From: Squalus acanthias
Lineage: Eukaryota
NCBI GenBank assembly: GCA_030390025.1
Contig: CM059433.1
Coordinates: 17,548,001-17,612,000, forward strand
Direction: 5' to 3'
DNA length: 64,000 nt
A program made the position numbers and the translations under genes. Under the pieces are notes generated by a model, which did no database searches, was not told where the DNA came from, and worked only from the letters and a program-made list of their open reading frames with translations. Shown here one piece after another: positions 35,941-49,528 of the stretch (the stretch's first letter is position 1; each line of letters starts with the position of its first letter).

Positions 35941-36537
35941 GGGCCAGAATTTGCGGTCGGAGGCGTACGCCTGCGTAAAGGCCCACGGATCCCAGGGACG
36001 CAGGCGGTTCGGAAGCGTCCCTGGGATCACATGGGCCAGATCCTCCAATCAGAAAGGAGGGTTCCTAATATGCTTATGGGGATTTCATTTACGAACGGAA
36101 TCCCCACAAGCATATGAGGAATCATCAAATAATTAAATAATTTATACAACTGGAATAAAAATAAATGTTCCCATTTTCAAATGTAATTAAAAGTCCCTTC
36201 AACAAAGCATTTACAATAAAAACTTAATTTTTTGAAAAATAATTTTTAACATTTTAATCTGGGCCAAAATTTACATAAACTCATTTCAAATGTTTGTGCA
36301 TGATTTTTTACTTGAAAAATTTTAATTTAAGATTTATATTAACCCTTACGCTGGTGTAAGCAGGCCCTATGCCTGCTTTTCCCAGGCGTAAGGGTTTTGT
36401 GGGCAATTGCTGGGCAGTAGTGCAAACCTTGACAGATCGCAAGTTCCGGGTTTTCACACATGCATGTGAAAACCTGAAAGTTACGGGGCCTTTTACAAGG
36501 CAGCGTACGCCGTCATGGAGAATGCAAAATCTGGGCC
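35941..36537. mobile_element. Harbinger-like MITE (597 bp), related to 19816-20580
   Basis: TIR GGGCCAGAATTTGC / GCAAAATCTGGGCC; shared GGCCCACGG(G)ATCCCAGGG motif and AT-rich core; TSD unclear. Confidence 0.78.
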
Positions 36538-37357
36538 ATAATATATTGGAGGCATCAGCCAGATTCACCTGAGTGCACAAAATTCAGTTTCCTGTGCATA
36601 TTCCTGCAAAACGCATTTTTGTAAACTTTAGTTTTTAATGATTGAGATGCACAGTGATTTTTATTTCCAGTGCAAGAAAGTAAACTTTTCTAACTGGGTC
36701 AAAAGAGCAACATAGGTTAGAAATTGGTATTGGCAATGATAGCGAAGAAAGAGGATGGTTATACTCCTCTTCCCAGTGAGACCACCCCGTGTGGAGAAAG
36801 AGACAGGGCAGAGAGTGAAAAGGGCCAAGAACACAGATAGTGAGCAAGAACCAAGAAGAAGGCTTGAGCGGAACTGCAAATGGAAAGGAGCAGTCCTGCT
36901 GGGAACTAAAGCAAAGTTTTAAGTGGGATGTTTAGTTTTATGATATTTATAAACAGTTGTAAACCGTTGGTAGTGCCAGCCCCATAAAAGACATCAGTAG
37001 AGAAACAGATGAGAGTAGGAGGCGATTTCCTATGATCGTTATTTGTCGCAACAAGTAGGTGAATTCCTTATATTCATATGTATAATTGTGCTGCAAATAG
37101 CAAACAGAGGAATTCTTCCCCAGGATTTACCCCTTTGAGGCAAAAGTACTGTGCAATGTTATTTAATCAAATTACTGGATAGCAAATTTAAGTCGGAAAA
37201 AGATAGGTTTATGAAATTAATCACCTGCTGCATCCTATCAATTGATATAAATGACAAATCACTGTTTGTCAAACCATGCTCACATACTTTATGCTGCCAA
37301 CGTTGGACACTCTCATTACTCTGTAGCTGCTTAAATAGCGAATGAATGGGAAACAAT

Positions 37358-38006
37358 GGTGTAGAAACTGGATTGTGCAAGGCCCGTTTTTTCAGGTGAA
37401 ACATGGACGCTGAAGGGACCAAGTTGGTGTGGGCGCGCTCATGTTTATTCCGCGCCGAGAATGCGCTGCACGGCATATTTGGTTACGGCACTCTGTAGTC
37501 ATCCAGGGCCAGGCATTAGGCCCATTGCCTGTGCAGATTGGGGTCTAACACCTACTTCAGGCCCATTCCTGAAATAGGTTGGCAAGCTGGGGTCAGTTTT
37601 CTCAGGCGTCGAGCAGCCGACCCAGCCGTCTTTCACGGAAAACGCTGGTGGTTGCCACCAAAAAAGGTGAGTAAACAATTTTTTTTGACTGACCTGAATA
37701 TGGAGCCAGGAGGAGCCGGGAATAGCTCCTCATTAAAACTGCGGGCCGCTGCCAGCCACCGTTTGCAACCCCCCCCCACCTCCTCCGATCTTCTCTCCCC
37801 CTCCCCCACCACCCCGGACTCATTGTTGCTCCGAGGACAGTGTGCCGGCCAGCCGATCTTCATCCCCTTTGCGACAGGCGGACTGTCTCTTGGGGCATGA
37901 CTGGCGACCAACTTTGCGTGGTCCTCTTGCTCATTAGGTTCGGCACGGCTGTTCGCGTTTTCCGCTGGGTTCGAGCCCGACTTCTGGAGCAAACCAACTT
38001 CTGGGC
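37358..38006. mobile_element. Decayed GC-rich MITE-like element
   Basis: Abrupt GC-rich island bounded by GGTGTAGAAACT and AACTTCTGGGC, resembling TIRs of neighbouring MITEs. Confidence 0.45.
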
Positions 38007-38119
38007 AAATAGTTTGATGGCCTTTGTTTCGAAGAATCTCTGTTAAGTAAAGAAAAATGGGGGAGCTCCCAGAAGGAAAACCATATAAACCTACAATGTA
38101 TCTCCGCAAAACTGGGCGG

Positions 38120-39195
38120 GGCTGGAGATAACAGGTTACATGCAGATCAAATACACAAGGACCTGGGGAAGTTTGGGGGAAGTCGGGCTGACAAGTAGCA
38201 GATGCCATTTGATGTGGACAAATATGTAGTCATTTGATTGGGAAAGGATAATAAACAGTCGTAGCGTACGCTAAATGGTATTACTGTACAGGACACGACA
38301 CGGCAGAGGAATTTGGGGATAATGGTGGATAGATCATTGAAGCCATCTACTCAATACGCAGCTGCAGTAAAGATCTTGGGCTGTACAGCAAGAGGAATAG
38401 AGCAACAAGAACAACAACTTGCATTTATATATCACCTTTAACGTAGCAAAACATCCCAAGGCGCTTAACAAGAACATTATCAATAAAAAAAAATGTTGAC
38501 ACCGAGCCACAGAAAGAGATATCAGGACAGATGACCATCAGCTTGGTTGAAGAGGTAGGTTTTAAGGAACATCTTAAAGGAGGAGAAAGAGATAGAAGGG
38601 CAGAGAGGTTTAGGGAGGGAATTCCAGAGCTGAGGGCCTAGGCAGCTGAAAATACGACCGCTAATGGTGAAGCAATTAAAATCAGGGATACACAAGATGC
38701 CAGATTTGGAAGAGCGCAGCGAGTGCTGGTCTGGCCCCGCCTGCAGTACTGTGCACAATTTCAGTCACGGTATTAAAAAAGAAGGCTCAGTGAAGGACGG
38801 CTAAATTGATAGCTGCGATTAGTTTCCTGAGTTATAAGGAGAGTCTGCAGAAGTTGGGATTGTTTACACTAGAGAAAAGAAAGCTCATGAGTGAATTTAT
38901 AAAAGTATTCAAGATCCTAAAGGTCATTGACAGAAGGTAGATCAATATGTTTAACATACTCATAAGTTCTACAACCACTTTGTGCAGAGATGGGGGTGAA
39001 TGTATCAAATGGCCTGCCAAGGGAAGCAGTGGAAACTGCCGATCAGCAATTCAAGAGAGAGTTGGAATAGTACGTGGCAAAAATTTGATAGAGGGGTATG
39101 GCAGGTATTGTGGGATATGATATTTCCTCAACACTGGGACTGTTCAGATGGACTGTAATGGTCATTTCCAGTCCTGTACATTCCTGTGTTCCATT
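38120..39195 (+). mobile_element. Old decayed CR1 3' half, interrupted by L2
   Basis: GCAGATGCCATTTGATGTGGACAAATATG (WQM.FN..KC), GGATTGTTTACACTAGAGAAAAGAAAG (GLF.LEKR) remnants. Confidence 0.6.
38403..38722 (-). mobile_element. L2 LINE 3' fragment
   Basis: CAACAACTTGCATTTATAT tail; TISGRIFSCLGPQLWNSLP peptide. Confidence 0.85.
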
Positions 39196-39231
39196 TTTAG
39201 TGAAGCCTGATGGTTGTGTTTAAAGGATCAA

Positions 39232-39933
39232 GGGGGAAAAATTCGGTTGCTGTGCGCTTAGGGTGCTAACGGGGCGCAAAGCAACTTGCGCCTGGGCGCG
39301 GCGCTGCCAACACCTCCAGCGAAATTCAGCGGGAGGTTAGCGGCAGCGCTAACCGTTATCGCCCCGTGGTGCTGCGCCACCGGCGATGACGTCATCGCCG
39401 TGCGCAGCACCCCGGCTGCGATCTCCGGTATCGCCCCCTGACTTACCGCCGGACGCTATGTCCAACGGGGGTCAGGGGGGCCTACCTGTGGCCGGGGTGG
39501 CGCTATTTGAAGGCGAGGTGCCGGGTGGCCATTTTTGTTGCTGGCCGGCAGCCAGCACCTGCCCCCTCTGCCGTCCCCGGCCTCCTTACCCGCCCCCCCC
39601 CCCCCCCACGGAGTGCCAGCTGCGCTCCATGAGCCCGGCACTTCTCTTGAGTGCCGGGCTCTTTTGCTAACACTCCCGATCCCCGGGGGCCCAGCTGGGC
39701 CCCGGGTCGCGCTGCGCATGGCCCCTCCCCTTTAAAAAGGGGAGGAAGGCCTGCAATACCACGTAGCGCCGCGATATTCCCTCGCAGCGCCCCAAGAGGG
39801 AGGCAGGGTGCTTCCAGTAGCGCCCCGCTTCCCTCTTGGGACGCTACCACTCAATTTCGGTCGCGGGGGTGCTAATTTTTCCCGGTGCGGCGAAGTTAGC
39901 GCCCCAAAGGGGGCGCCACTCAATTTTTCGCCC
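39232..39933. mobile_element. Harbinger-like MITE (702 bp)
   Basis: TIR GGGGGAAAAATT / AATTTTTCGCCC (11/12); TSD CAA; subterminal GCTAACGGGGCGCAAA shared with 21153. Confidence 0.85.
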
Positions 39934-40822
39934 CAAAATTCCAATCTCCTGAATTTAAATCCACTTGTGAGGGGTGAGGTGGGGGAGAAATATGACACCC
40001 GTAATCAACAACTGCCTTATGATAAGCCATAATTGTTCTTTTAGTTGTGGTACATGTTGTAGTCTTTCAAACCTTTATCTCGCCATAAGCTGAGGGAATC
40101 TGCCTGCAGTAAATCTTAGGGAAAAAATTGTTCTTTGGGTAATAAAAGGCAATGTAGTGAAGATGGGATTCTCCACAGATTTATATTGTTTTTAATGAGG
40201 GCATTGAAGTGATGATAACAATTGGACCCTTCAGTGCGCATGTTGCCAATCAGGAAACACATTTTTAATGGTGCAAGGGTGATTATATGACCTGGTCATT
40301 TGTGAGCTTAAGCTCTACCACTGAACCACCCCTTCCACTCCCAACAATACTTATAATAGTGTTCAAAACTATTCTTTGTTTGTAGTATTTTTGCGCATTC
40401 TTCTTTTTGTACATAAAAACATGGGAATATTTAGGATCTGGCAAGCCTGTTTTTTACTGATAGCTCTCACCTCACCTTACCATCCCCTTCCTTCGCACCA
40501 TATCCGACAATCTCTTTTCTCTTCAGAAATGCACCGACTTGTCTCACGAACCAATGTATACTATCTGCTTCAATGGGCTTCCCTGGTAGCATATTCCACA
40601 ACCCTAATGCACTTAGAGTGAAAAAAATCCGCACGCCCTCCCCTGTTGTGTCCCCTGCGATTTGAACCCTTTGTCATAACGTGCCATAAACCTTTGTGTG
40701 CTTGTCAAAATATGCGTTCAGGAGTGCTTGTGTGCTGGCTGGCATCTTCTCGAGAACTGATTTAAAAAAATAAAAATTACCAACTATTTTGTCGATGACA
40801 ATTTAAGCAAAATTCTCCATAA

Positions 40823-41035
40823 TCATAGAGTCATACAGCACAAAACGGAGGCCATTCGGCCCATCGTGTCTGTGCCGGCTCTTTGCAAGAGCTATCCAAT
40901 TAGTCCCGCTCCCCTGCCCTTTCCCCATAGCCCTGCAAATTTTTCCTTTTCAAGTATATATCCGATTCCCTTTTGAAAATTACGATTGAATCTGCTTCCA
41001 CCGCCCTTTCAGGCAGTGCATTCCAGATCCTAACA
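40823..41035 (-). mobile_element. CR1 3' terminal fragment
   Basis: TCATAGAGTCATA tail; GGAGGCCATTCGGCCCATCG 3' UTR. Confidence 0.85.
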
Positions 41036-41049
41036 CAGAATACAGATAC

Positions 41050-41708
41050 AGGGTCCAAATCGAGAAATCATTAAAAGCTAGAGGACAGGTACAAAAAGTA
41101 ATGAAAGAGGCTAATGGAATGTTGGCTTTTATCTCAAGGGGACTGGAACACAAAGGGCTGGAAGTTATGTTACAGCTGTACAGAGCTCTGGTGAGACCCC
41201 ATCTGGAGTACTGCAGTCAGTTCTGGGCACTGCATCTCAGGAAGGATACGTTGGCCTTGGAGGGGGTGCAGAATGATACCTGGGCTAAAAGGGTTAAATT
41301 ATGAGGACAGGTTACATAGACTAGGCTTGTATTCCCTTGAGTTTAGAAGAGATCTAATTGAGGTGTTTAGGGTAGATAGAGAGAAACTGTTTCCTCTGGT
41401 GGGGGAGTCCAGAACAAGGGGGCATAACCTTAAAATTAGAGCCAGGCCGTTCAGGGGTGATGTCAGAAATCACTTCTTCACACAAAGGGTAGTGGAAATC
41501 TGGAACTCTCTCGCCCAAAAAGCTGTTGAGGCTGGGGGTCAATTGAAATTTTCAAAACTGAGATTGATAGATTTTTGTTAGACAAGGGTATTAAGGGTTA
41601 CGGAACCAAGGCGGATAAATGGAGTCAAGATACTGATCAACTATGATCTAATTGAATGTTAGAACAGGCTTGGGGCTGAATGGCCTGCTGTTGTTCCTAT
41701 GTTCCTGT
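41050..41708 (+). mobile_element. CR1 LINE 3' fragment
   Basis: ANGMLAFISRG..LYRALVRPHLEYC.QFW, TRGHNLKI, FFTQRVVEIWN; (TTCCTATG)n tail. Confidence 0.9.
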
Positions 41709-42829
41709 AACAATATTCAGTTAAAACATTTTTAATACAATTGGCATCGTATTCTGTGGTCTAGATGTGGGCTCTGATATATAGAGGATGGGAAATATCA
41801 CCATAGTGTGCTAAAAAAAAAAATTCAATTCTGTCACATAACAAATATGTTGAGTTGAGAAGAGCTGTGTGATGCTCTATCTGTTCAGATTGTAATGTTG
41901 ATTTAGATGTCGCCATGTATGAAGAGGATGCTGAAATGGTAGCTACTAACTGCATTAAGGTAGAGTACTGCTACTTGTGAGGTCTGGGGCAACTGGGCAA
42001 GTGACCCGATGCGACTCGTCATCCGCACCAAATTCACAGATCTCTACAGTTAGCGTGAGCAGGGTGCTTTGTTGCCTTACTACAGCGATTTTCCATAATA
42101 AGTCCCGGAGACTGTAAAAATACTAGTTTCTGATCATTTGCCACCACAGACAGCATGGCTCCCGGTGGGTCAGAAGTGTCTCTATCATGATACATAAGGT
42201 ATCACGACTTTATGGGACAGGCAAGATGTACCAGCAGGTCTTTTTCTGTTTTGACATCTTTGCACGTTCGTATGTAACAAACCACTTTGCCTAATGACGC
42301 AGGCGTTGAAGTGAGGGGTTATTTGTCTGAGTCGGGGTAAAGAACATGATAAAATATGAGCTTCAGCCATATAAGGAATTAGGTAAACAGGACTGAGTAC
42401 AACATTATGATTAATAATTGTATGGAGAACCAGTGTTGTAACAATAACCGAAAGAAAGAGAGGCTCCAATGGAAACCGATTCACTCTACACATACGCAGT
42501 GTATCTTCTACTGTTTACCTGCAAAAATAGATGATATGGAAAAGGCTTTCACAAAGGACCCTTGTAAATGGAAGTGGAAAAAACTAAAGTTCAAAGTAGT
42601 AAAAGTGTTAATTGATTCAGCATCCCAGGTAAAATATTTCGGGGCATTTCTTTCAATTGGCAAATACAGAGCAAACTCATAGCTCGCTGGTACTGCATTT
42701 CTCTGTGTGCTAATTATTGGCCTGATGTTACGAGCTAATGCCTGCCTAAAAATAGTGCACTAGGGGAAGTGTTTATACTTGAACTTTGCCAATTGGAAAA
42801 TATGCCCCTTAATGCTGTGTTAATTAAAA

Positions 42830-43510
42830 TCATCAAACAGGAGTTGGACGGTATGTGGTTAGGAATGGGATTGGGGATTAGAAAGATAAACGCAGATAGA
42901 AATAATTGAAAGTGGTGTGGGGCACGATGGCTGCTGAATTGCAATCATGGAAAATGTGTCCATGAGAGCATCTGGTCAAGGAAGAACTAACGCGCTGTAA
43001 GGTTAAGCAGGTATTGTGGAGCTTTGCTGCAGAGAGAAACGTTGCAGGACCATTCCTCAAGAGATGAAACGATTTGGTTAATGTCTATCACGGAGTGGAT
43101 TGTACAGGAATCTCTCATTTAAACGGCGCCTAAATATCCGGAATTCTCTATTAACCGGCAAAATTCATACTCCGAAAACACCTCAATAACCGGAAATGTT
43201 GCCGAGTCCGAGTCCGAGTCTCCTGCGGTGGCCGAGTTAGTCAGTGGGGGTAGTTCTCCAAACTGCCACTGCTCGGCTTCTTGGCGCTGTCGGAAGTCCG
43301 AACACCTCAATAACAGGAGTCTGACTCTTTGTTTGTTAAAAATAGCCTCGGTAGATAACCCTCTCCGTTATCCGGAATTTTTACTCAACCGGCACCATCC
43401 CGGTCCCGTAGGTGCCGGATACCAAAGAGTTTCCTGTACGTGATCCATTGAAGGAACAGGTTCATGGGCTGAATAGCCTTTACTCATTTTGTGCTTTCTT
43501 ATGTTTTTGT
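42830..43510 (+). mobile_element. Old decayed CR1-like 3' fragment hosting a Tigger-like MITE
   Basis: GGAACAGGTTCATGGGCTGAATAGCCT..TTCTTATG 3' UTR after the MITE; degenerate ORF2 end before it. Confidence 0.45.
43105..43436. mobile_element. Tc1/mariner (Tigger/pogo-like) MITE (332 bp)
   Basis: TA TSD both sides; TIR CAGGAATCTCTC..AACGGCGCC vs GGTGCCGGATACCAAAGAGTTTCCTG; repeated TATCCGGAATT and ACACCTCAATAAC internal motifs. Confidence 0.8.
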
Positions 43511-45339
43511 TTTCTAAATCGGAACAAGTAACCAGAGACTCACCGACTTAATAATCTTGATAACAATCCAGAAATGGTTGTTCTCCTCTAACAGATTTCT
43601 TCAATTACAGTAGAAACCATTCCTTTTTGAGTGTGGCTACTCACATCCTCATTGCCACAGCAGCTGCGAATTCACACAAGAGGCTTTCACTGATATCCTC
43701 AGATCACCTCACTGAAACGAGCAGATAAATATTGCCTATCTTTTTTTTTAAAGTAGCTTATTCAGATAAATACAGTATCAGCACTCAGAAAGGCTCAGTC
43801 AGTTTGAGAAGTTCTCAAAAGGCGTTACTGAAACGTTAACCTTTTGGTTGATGCAATACCCGGACAAATCTTGCCAGTGCATCACTGTTGTGTTTTAAAA
43901 TTCCACTAATTCTGCTCCTTGTGCCAGAAAAATGCTTTCTGCGGTATTTTATACATTTGAGTAACGGTTTGGTGAATTTTGAACTGATTTCAGCAGCTGC
44001 AAATCATGCTTCATAGAAAGTTTTGTCTCCCATAATTAACATTTGGACTTTCTTGCGTATAACTTGCGATTCTGATTAGGGTGCTCAAGAGTTTGAAGCA
44101 CATAAATCACTCATTATTGAGCTCCGTTGGACCCAACACGCTTTAATGATTTCACAATCGCTCATTATACATCCCTTAAGATGCCAGTGAAATTGATTCC
44201 AGATCTGTCACCCATGAAGTGTCCCTGGCAGAGTATCTGAACTGGCTGATGAGTGATTTGTTGGACTGGATTCCAAAGTATTCCTGCCTTTCACCCCCAC
44301 ATGATGTGCAGTGTCGGAGGAGATTGAACAAGCCCAAGGTTGTACGTCTAAAGCCAATCTTCAGATTCATCTCTGGGGAAAAAAAACAAGGCCCCACAGT
44401 AAACAATAATATAGTTTGCTTTGTTGCTGTAAAAAAAAAAGTCACGATGGGATAGCCTGACAGCTTGAGGGACTGATTCAGAAATGGCGAGACTGACAAT
44501 GTTCAGGAGCAATCAGGTCAATTAAACTGTATTTTATAATTGATTGCAAAATTGAGTTGAAACACTGATTGTTTGAACAAGCCCAAGATATTAACTTGGT
44601 AAAATTTTACTAATTTTAATTATCCCTATCCTTTAATATTCATTTTTAAATATGCTTCTTTACAGCTAAAAATGATGTACAGCAACCACACAAGCAACGA
44701 CGACTTATCGCTTTTAACAATTTAATAAATTGCTTTCCTTTTGCGATCCCAATACCAACGTATTTTCTGGAGAAAGTTATTCAAAGTTTGGTTGAATCCC
44801 ACAGCATTTCCTACATAAATGAAAAGGGCTCAGAAAGAAGACTCGCTGACTTCAGACACTATGTTCAAATGTAACGACGTCTGGTATGGTGTGCGAGCGG
44901 GCATCAGTTGCATGGCCCACTCACATATTTACCTTAACTCTTGCCCGCTTCATTACCAGATTTAAATGAAGTGCAGGACACAATATGGTTATTATAACAC
45001 AGGAAATTCAATATGTAAACCGTCAGGTAAATGACTTAAAATCTAGAAGCAGATTTAAAAACCCGAGAGAAATAGTCGATGAGAATTAGCAGACGATTAA
45101 AGCAGAAATTTGCCAAGCTCAATATGGAAACTAAACACAATCATGTTGCCAGCCATTCATTTGCACCAAGCTGGGCACATCCCCCTAACAATATATGTGC
45201 GTTGCCCATTTTCTTCCAAAGCCCTGTCCCAGGCTATCAGATTGGTTGCAGAAAGTACACGCAGCCAAAACTCTAGTTACCTGCAGCTGAAGTAAAAATC
45301 TATGAGTGAGTTTGAAATGATGTCCCTAGTTCTCTAAAC

Positions 45340-45878
45340 TAGGTAACTTGAGGTCATCCAAAACTCGGCTGCCCGTGTCCTAACTCGCACCAAGTCCCGT
45401 TCGTCCATCTCCCCTGTGCTCGCTGACCTACACTGGCTCCCGGTCAAGCAGCGCCTCGATTTCAAAATTCTCATCCTTGTTTTCAAATCCCTCCATGGCC
45501 TCGCCCCCTCCCTATCTCTGTAATCTCCTTCAGCCCCACAATCCCCCCCCCCCACCCCCGAGATATCTGCACTCCTCTACTTCTGCCCTCTTGAGCATCC
45601 CTGATTATAATCGCTCAACCATTGGTGGCCGTGCCTTCTGTTGCCTAGGCTCTAAGCTCTGGAATTCCCTGCCTAAATCTGTTTGCCTCGCTACCTCTCT
45701 GTCCTCCTTTAAGACGCTCCTTAAAACCTACCTCTTTGACCAAACTTTTTGTCACCGGCCCTAATTTATCCTTATATGGCTCAGTGTCAATTTTTTTTGT
45801 CTTACAATACTCCTGTGCAGCGCCTTGGGACGTTTTACTATGTTAAAGACGCTATATAAATACAAGTTGTTGTTGTTG
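45340..45878 (+). mobile_element. L2 LINE 3' fragment, little decayed
   Basis: LEVIQNSAARVLTRTKSRSSISPVLADLHWLPVKQRLDFKIL; STIGGRAFCCLGSKLWNSLP; (TTG)n tail. Confidence 0.92.
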
Positions 45879-46103
45879 TCCTCTCAGAAAACATGCCTGA
45901 AAACAATCTATCTAGTCTGCCAATAACGCTTTGTTCCATTGTTTTGCTCTTTCAATCTTCTTCAGCATGATTACTTTTCAAAGAACAGGCATATGCAGGA
46001 AATGGCCATATACAGTGACTCAAAAATGATTCTGCTTCTTGAAACAGAAGGAGGTAGCTCCATTCTCTTTGTTTAAGGGATTATTTTGCAAAATGACAGT
46101 CCA

Positions 46104-46425
46104 GGGGGAATTTTAATCCCCAAGGACGGGTGGACTGGGGACGGGTGGGAAGTAAAAAAAATTTTTTTTTTAAACCTGACACCAATCACCCCCCCCCCCT
46201 CGCTGCTAACCCGCCTACTTCTGGTTTAAATGGAGGCGGGTCAGGCAGCAGGCGACCAATCCGCTCCCAGGAGGTGGATCGGTCAGTAAAAGCTTTGAAG
46301 GGGGCGGCGCGCCTCCATTTTTTCATGATTTTTATTTTTAAACCATTTCGGCCGGGTTTCCTGCAGCTTCTGCCGCATCTTTGCCTTCATGTAAATGAAG
46401 GCAAGGATGCACTTGGTGGCGGATT
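46104..46425. mobile_element. Partial GC-rich MITE-like element
   Basis: Starts GGGGGAATTTT; GGCGGG/CCCGCC motifs; no matching right TIR seen. Confidence 0.4.
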
Positions 46426-46530
46426 TCAAAAAGCTATTTTAATTAGAGCCTATCTGAAAAACTTAAGAGATCAAAACAAGTCACATTCAGGTGGGGTTTG
46501 GTTCTCCAGTCTAGTTTGATGACAATTCAA

Positions 46531-46871
46531 AGTCGGAGGTGCCGTCTTTCGGATGAGACGTTAAACCGAGGCCCCGTCTGCTCTCTCAGGTGGACGTAAA
46601 AGATCCCACGGCACTATTTCGAAGAAGAGCAGGGGGAGTTCTCCTCGGTGTCCTGGCCAATATTTATCCCTCAACCAACATAACAAAAACAGATTATCTG
46701 GTCATTATCACATTGCTGTTTGTGGGACCTTGCTGTGCGCAAATTGGCTGCCGCGTTTCCCACATTACAACAGTGACTCCACTTCAAAAGTACTTCATTG
46801 GCTGTAAAGCACTTTGAGACGTCCAGTGGTCGTGAAAGGCGCTATATAAATGCAAGTCTTTCTTTCTTTCT
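46531..46871 (+). mobile_element. 5'-truncated Deu SINE (SacSINE1-like)
   Basis: GTCGGAGGTGCCGTCTTTCGGATGAGACGTTAAACCGAGGCCCCGTCTGC core; (CTTT)n tail. Confidence 0.92.
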
Positions 46872-48060
46872 GTGATACAGTTAAAATATCATACACTCCT
46901 ATCATTTTATTCTGTTTTGTTGCTATCATTTTAACCAAAGCAGTTTGATCCAGATGTTCTTTGTATTAATTGCAATGATTATAAATGGTTTGCTAATCCT
47001 GCCATCACTGGATGCTATTACTCATTCACATTTTCTGTGGAATCCCAGATTTCACTTATTCTGGAAAACTACTCTGTCTCTAAATTGCAAATCCACTCCC
47101 GCAGATTTATCTGGTTGACACCTTCTCAGCAGAGTAAGACAAAATGGATATTGATGGGACTCAGTAATCCCATTTACAAAGAGACTTTAAACTCTGATTT
47201 TATCTCTGCCAACTCTTAATACATTGGATCTCGTGCATCTTTGTACCAGCACAAGCACTTCTTTCCTCGTTTAATATATTACACTCTAAGATTGCGTCCT
47301 GTTAAAAGGAATTATACCTTTGTAAAATAGTGAAGATAAATTAACGTAGCATTGAAATGCAGATTATACGAATATCTGATGTATCTGAAGTATCTGAATT
47401 CAATGCACTTTTTTCTGCCACCAACTTCAGATTCTGACAGTATGAATGACTACTATAATACAAACTGAGTCTCTGTCCCAGTATTCCCCAGATCAGTTTC
47501 GTGGAAGCTCAATGCTTGTTTGCAGCGAAGTAAAAAGATCAGCTGTAAAGCATTTGGGATTCCTGCTCAAGTGTACAGGATCACCAAATACTGAGCGAAT
47601 GGACCAGCTCTTTCCTGCGGTGGCTAGGTTGGCGACTGTGCCCCACGCCGATCTCACTGCTGCTGCCTTGCTCCAGATTTTTCTGGTTCTCTAATTGGAA
47701 TTGAGGTACATGTACATCAATTTACTCATAACTGATTGAAACAAATAGTGCTTAATAAGCAAATCAAAGTGATTCGAAAAGATCTGTTTGTTGTGTTAGT
47801 GGCTTTAGTGAAGCTGAACACTGTGGGAAAACAGAGAAGGGGTCATTGAAATTCTGAAAACGATTTCATAAATTGGATGGGCTCCGGACTTATGACATGG
47901 CAGTATTAAAATTGTAAATCTCAGGTGCAGGAAGTGGATGCTCAAGGATCCTAATTGTTTAACCTTTGCAACAGGAATACATTTTTAACAACTGGAAGTT
48001 TAAAATTGATCTTGGAGCAATAAATCACATCACTGCCAGGCCACTTAGACCATTGTTTTT

Positions 48061-48635
48061 GAGTCATAGAGTCATATGACACAGAAGGAGGCCATTCGGT
48101 CCATCGAGTCCGTGCCGGCTCTCTGTAGAGCAATCCAGTCAGTCCCATTCCCCCACTCTATCCCCGTAGCCCTGCAAGTTTATTTCCCTCAAGTGCCTAT
48201 CCAATCTCCCCTTGAAAACATTGAGTGTCTCCGCTTCCACCACTTCCGTCGGCAGCGAATTCCAGGTCCTCACCACTCGCTGCGTAAAAAAGTATTTCCT
48301 CACATCCCCCCTGTATCCCTTGCCCAAAACCTTAAATCTGTGTCCCCTAGTCCTTGTACCATCAACTAGTGGGAACAGCCTTTCCCCGTCTAGCCTATCC
48401 AAACCCGTCACTATCTTGCACACCTCTATCAAATCACCCCTCAACCTCCTTTGCTCTAATGAAAACAAATCCAGCTTCTCCAACCTGTCCTTGTAGCTAA
48501 GATTCCCCATCCCCGGAACCATTCTGGTAAATCTCCTCTGCACCCTCTCAAGGGCCTTCACATCCTTCCTAAAGTGTGGTGACCAGAACTGGACGCAATA
48601 CTCCAGTTGTAGCCTAACCAGCGCTTTATAAAGTT
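48061..48635 (-). mobile_element. CR1 LINE 3' fragment
   Basis: LYKALVRLQLEYCVQFWSPH..ALERVQRRFTRM..TRGHRFK..FFTQRVVRTWN; (CTCTATGA)n tail. Confidence 0.92.
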
Positions 48636-48782
48636 TAAATGGCAGCAGCGCGAAAACTGGCTTAAATGCAGCAAAGTCACAATCGCCATTGATTTCAATG
48701 GGGGCGGAGCTATGATAATTACCTTCTAACGGATTTTGGCGAGGATAATAGCGGAGCGGCGCAAGAGTCACAGGAAAATATC

Positions 48783-49528
48783 GGGGGTGAAATTCGGTCT
48801 GGCCCCGTTCGGGGCGCTAAAACTTTAAAAGTTGAAAAATTAGCGGCAGGCGCTAATCATTCTCGCCTCCCGCGAAATTCAGTTTTAGCACTCCGAGAGG
48901 GAAGTGGAGCGCTAAATGAGGCGCTAACCACTTCTCTTAGGGCGCTAAAGTGTGTGAGGGGGCGGTAGCGGCAGAGCGCTGAAGAACGTGCAGTGCAGTG
49001 ATACCGGCATCAGAGGCTCCTTCCTTCACGCAAAGGGAAGGGCAAATGATGGTTTGCAACATTCTTCTTCTTAGTTCTGTGGGGCCAGGGGACCTGCACG
49101 ACTTCCATTACAGCCCGAATCACTCTCCGAGAGTGGAGGGCTTAGGCATCACGCAGCAATGAGGCGTCAAAAACTTTCAGCAGGCACCAGACTGGTGCGA
49201 AGAATAAAGTTTGGCCTATCTGACCACCACTGCCTTTAATTATCGCTCCCCAAGCGGCCAGCCGAGGTGACAACGCCTCCTGTTGTTGACGCCCGGCGAT
49301 GCAGCAGGGGCCGGGAGCGAATTTCACATCCGGAGCTGTAACGGGGCGCTGCACACTTGATGACGTCACGCTCTACGGGGCGCTAGAGACCGAGGCAGTA
49401 AGTGTTAGCGCCAGGGAAGTTCGCGGGTGTCGCTGATTTCGCCCCGCCCGGTCGGTAACCCCTTAGCGCCCCGTTACCGCCCCCCGCAGGCGCTAACGGG
49501 AGGCGCAAAGCAGCCGAATTTCTAGCCC
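48783..49528. mobile_element. Harbinger-like MITE (~746 bp), abutting another MITE fragment at 48636-48782
   Basis: TIR GGGGGTGAAATTCGG / CCGAATTTCTAGCCC; subterminal blocks GTGGAGCGCTAAA and GGCGCTAACGGGAGGCGCA shared with 32940 family; no clean TSD. Confidence 0.8.

Noticed and set aside
41889..41958. Possible small + strand exon (TTCAG..AAG|GTAGAG)
   Set aside because: Weak polypyrimidine tract, unrecognised peptide, no partner exons
44176..44499. Overlapping ORFs on both strands with possible splice acceptors
   Set aside because: No recognisable protein family and no consistent acceptor/donor pair; needs RNA-seq or tBLASTn
21153..49528. GC/CpG-rich islands as host promoters or GC-rich ORFs
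   Set aside because: Each coincides with a TIR-bounded MITE
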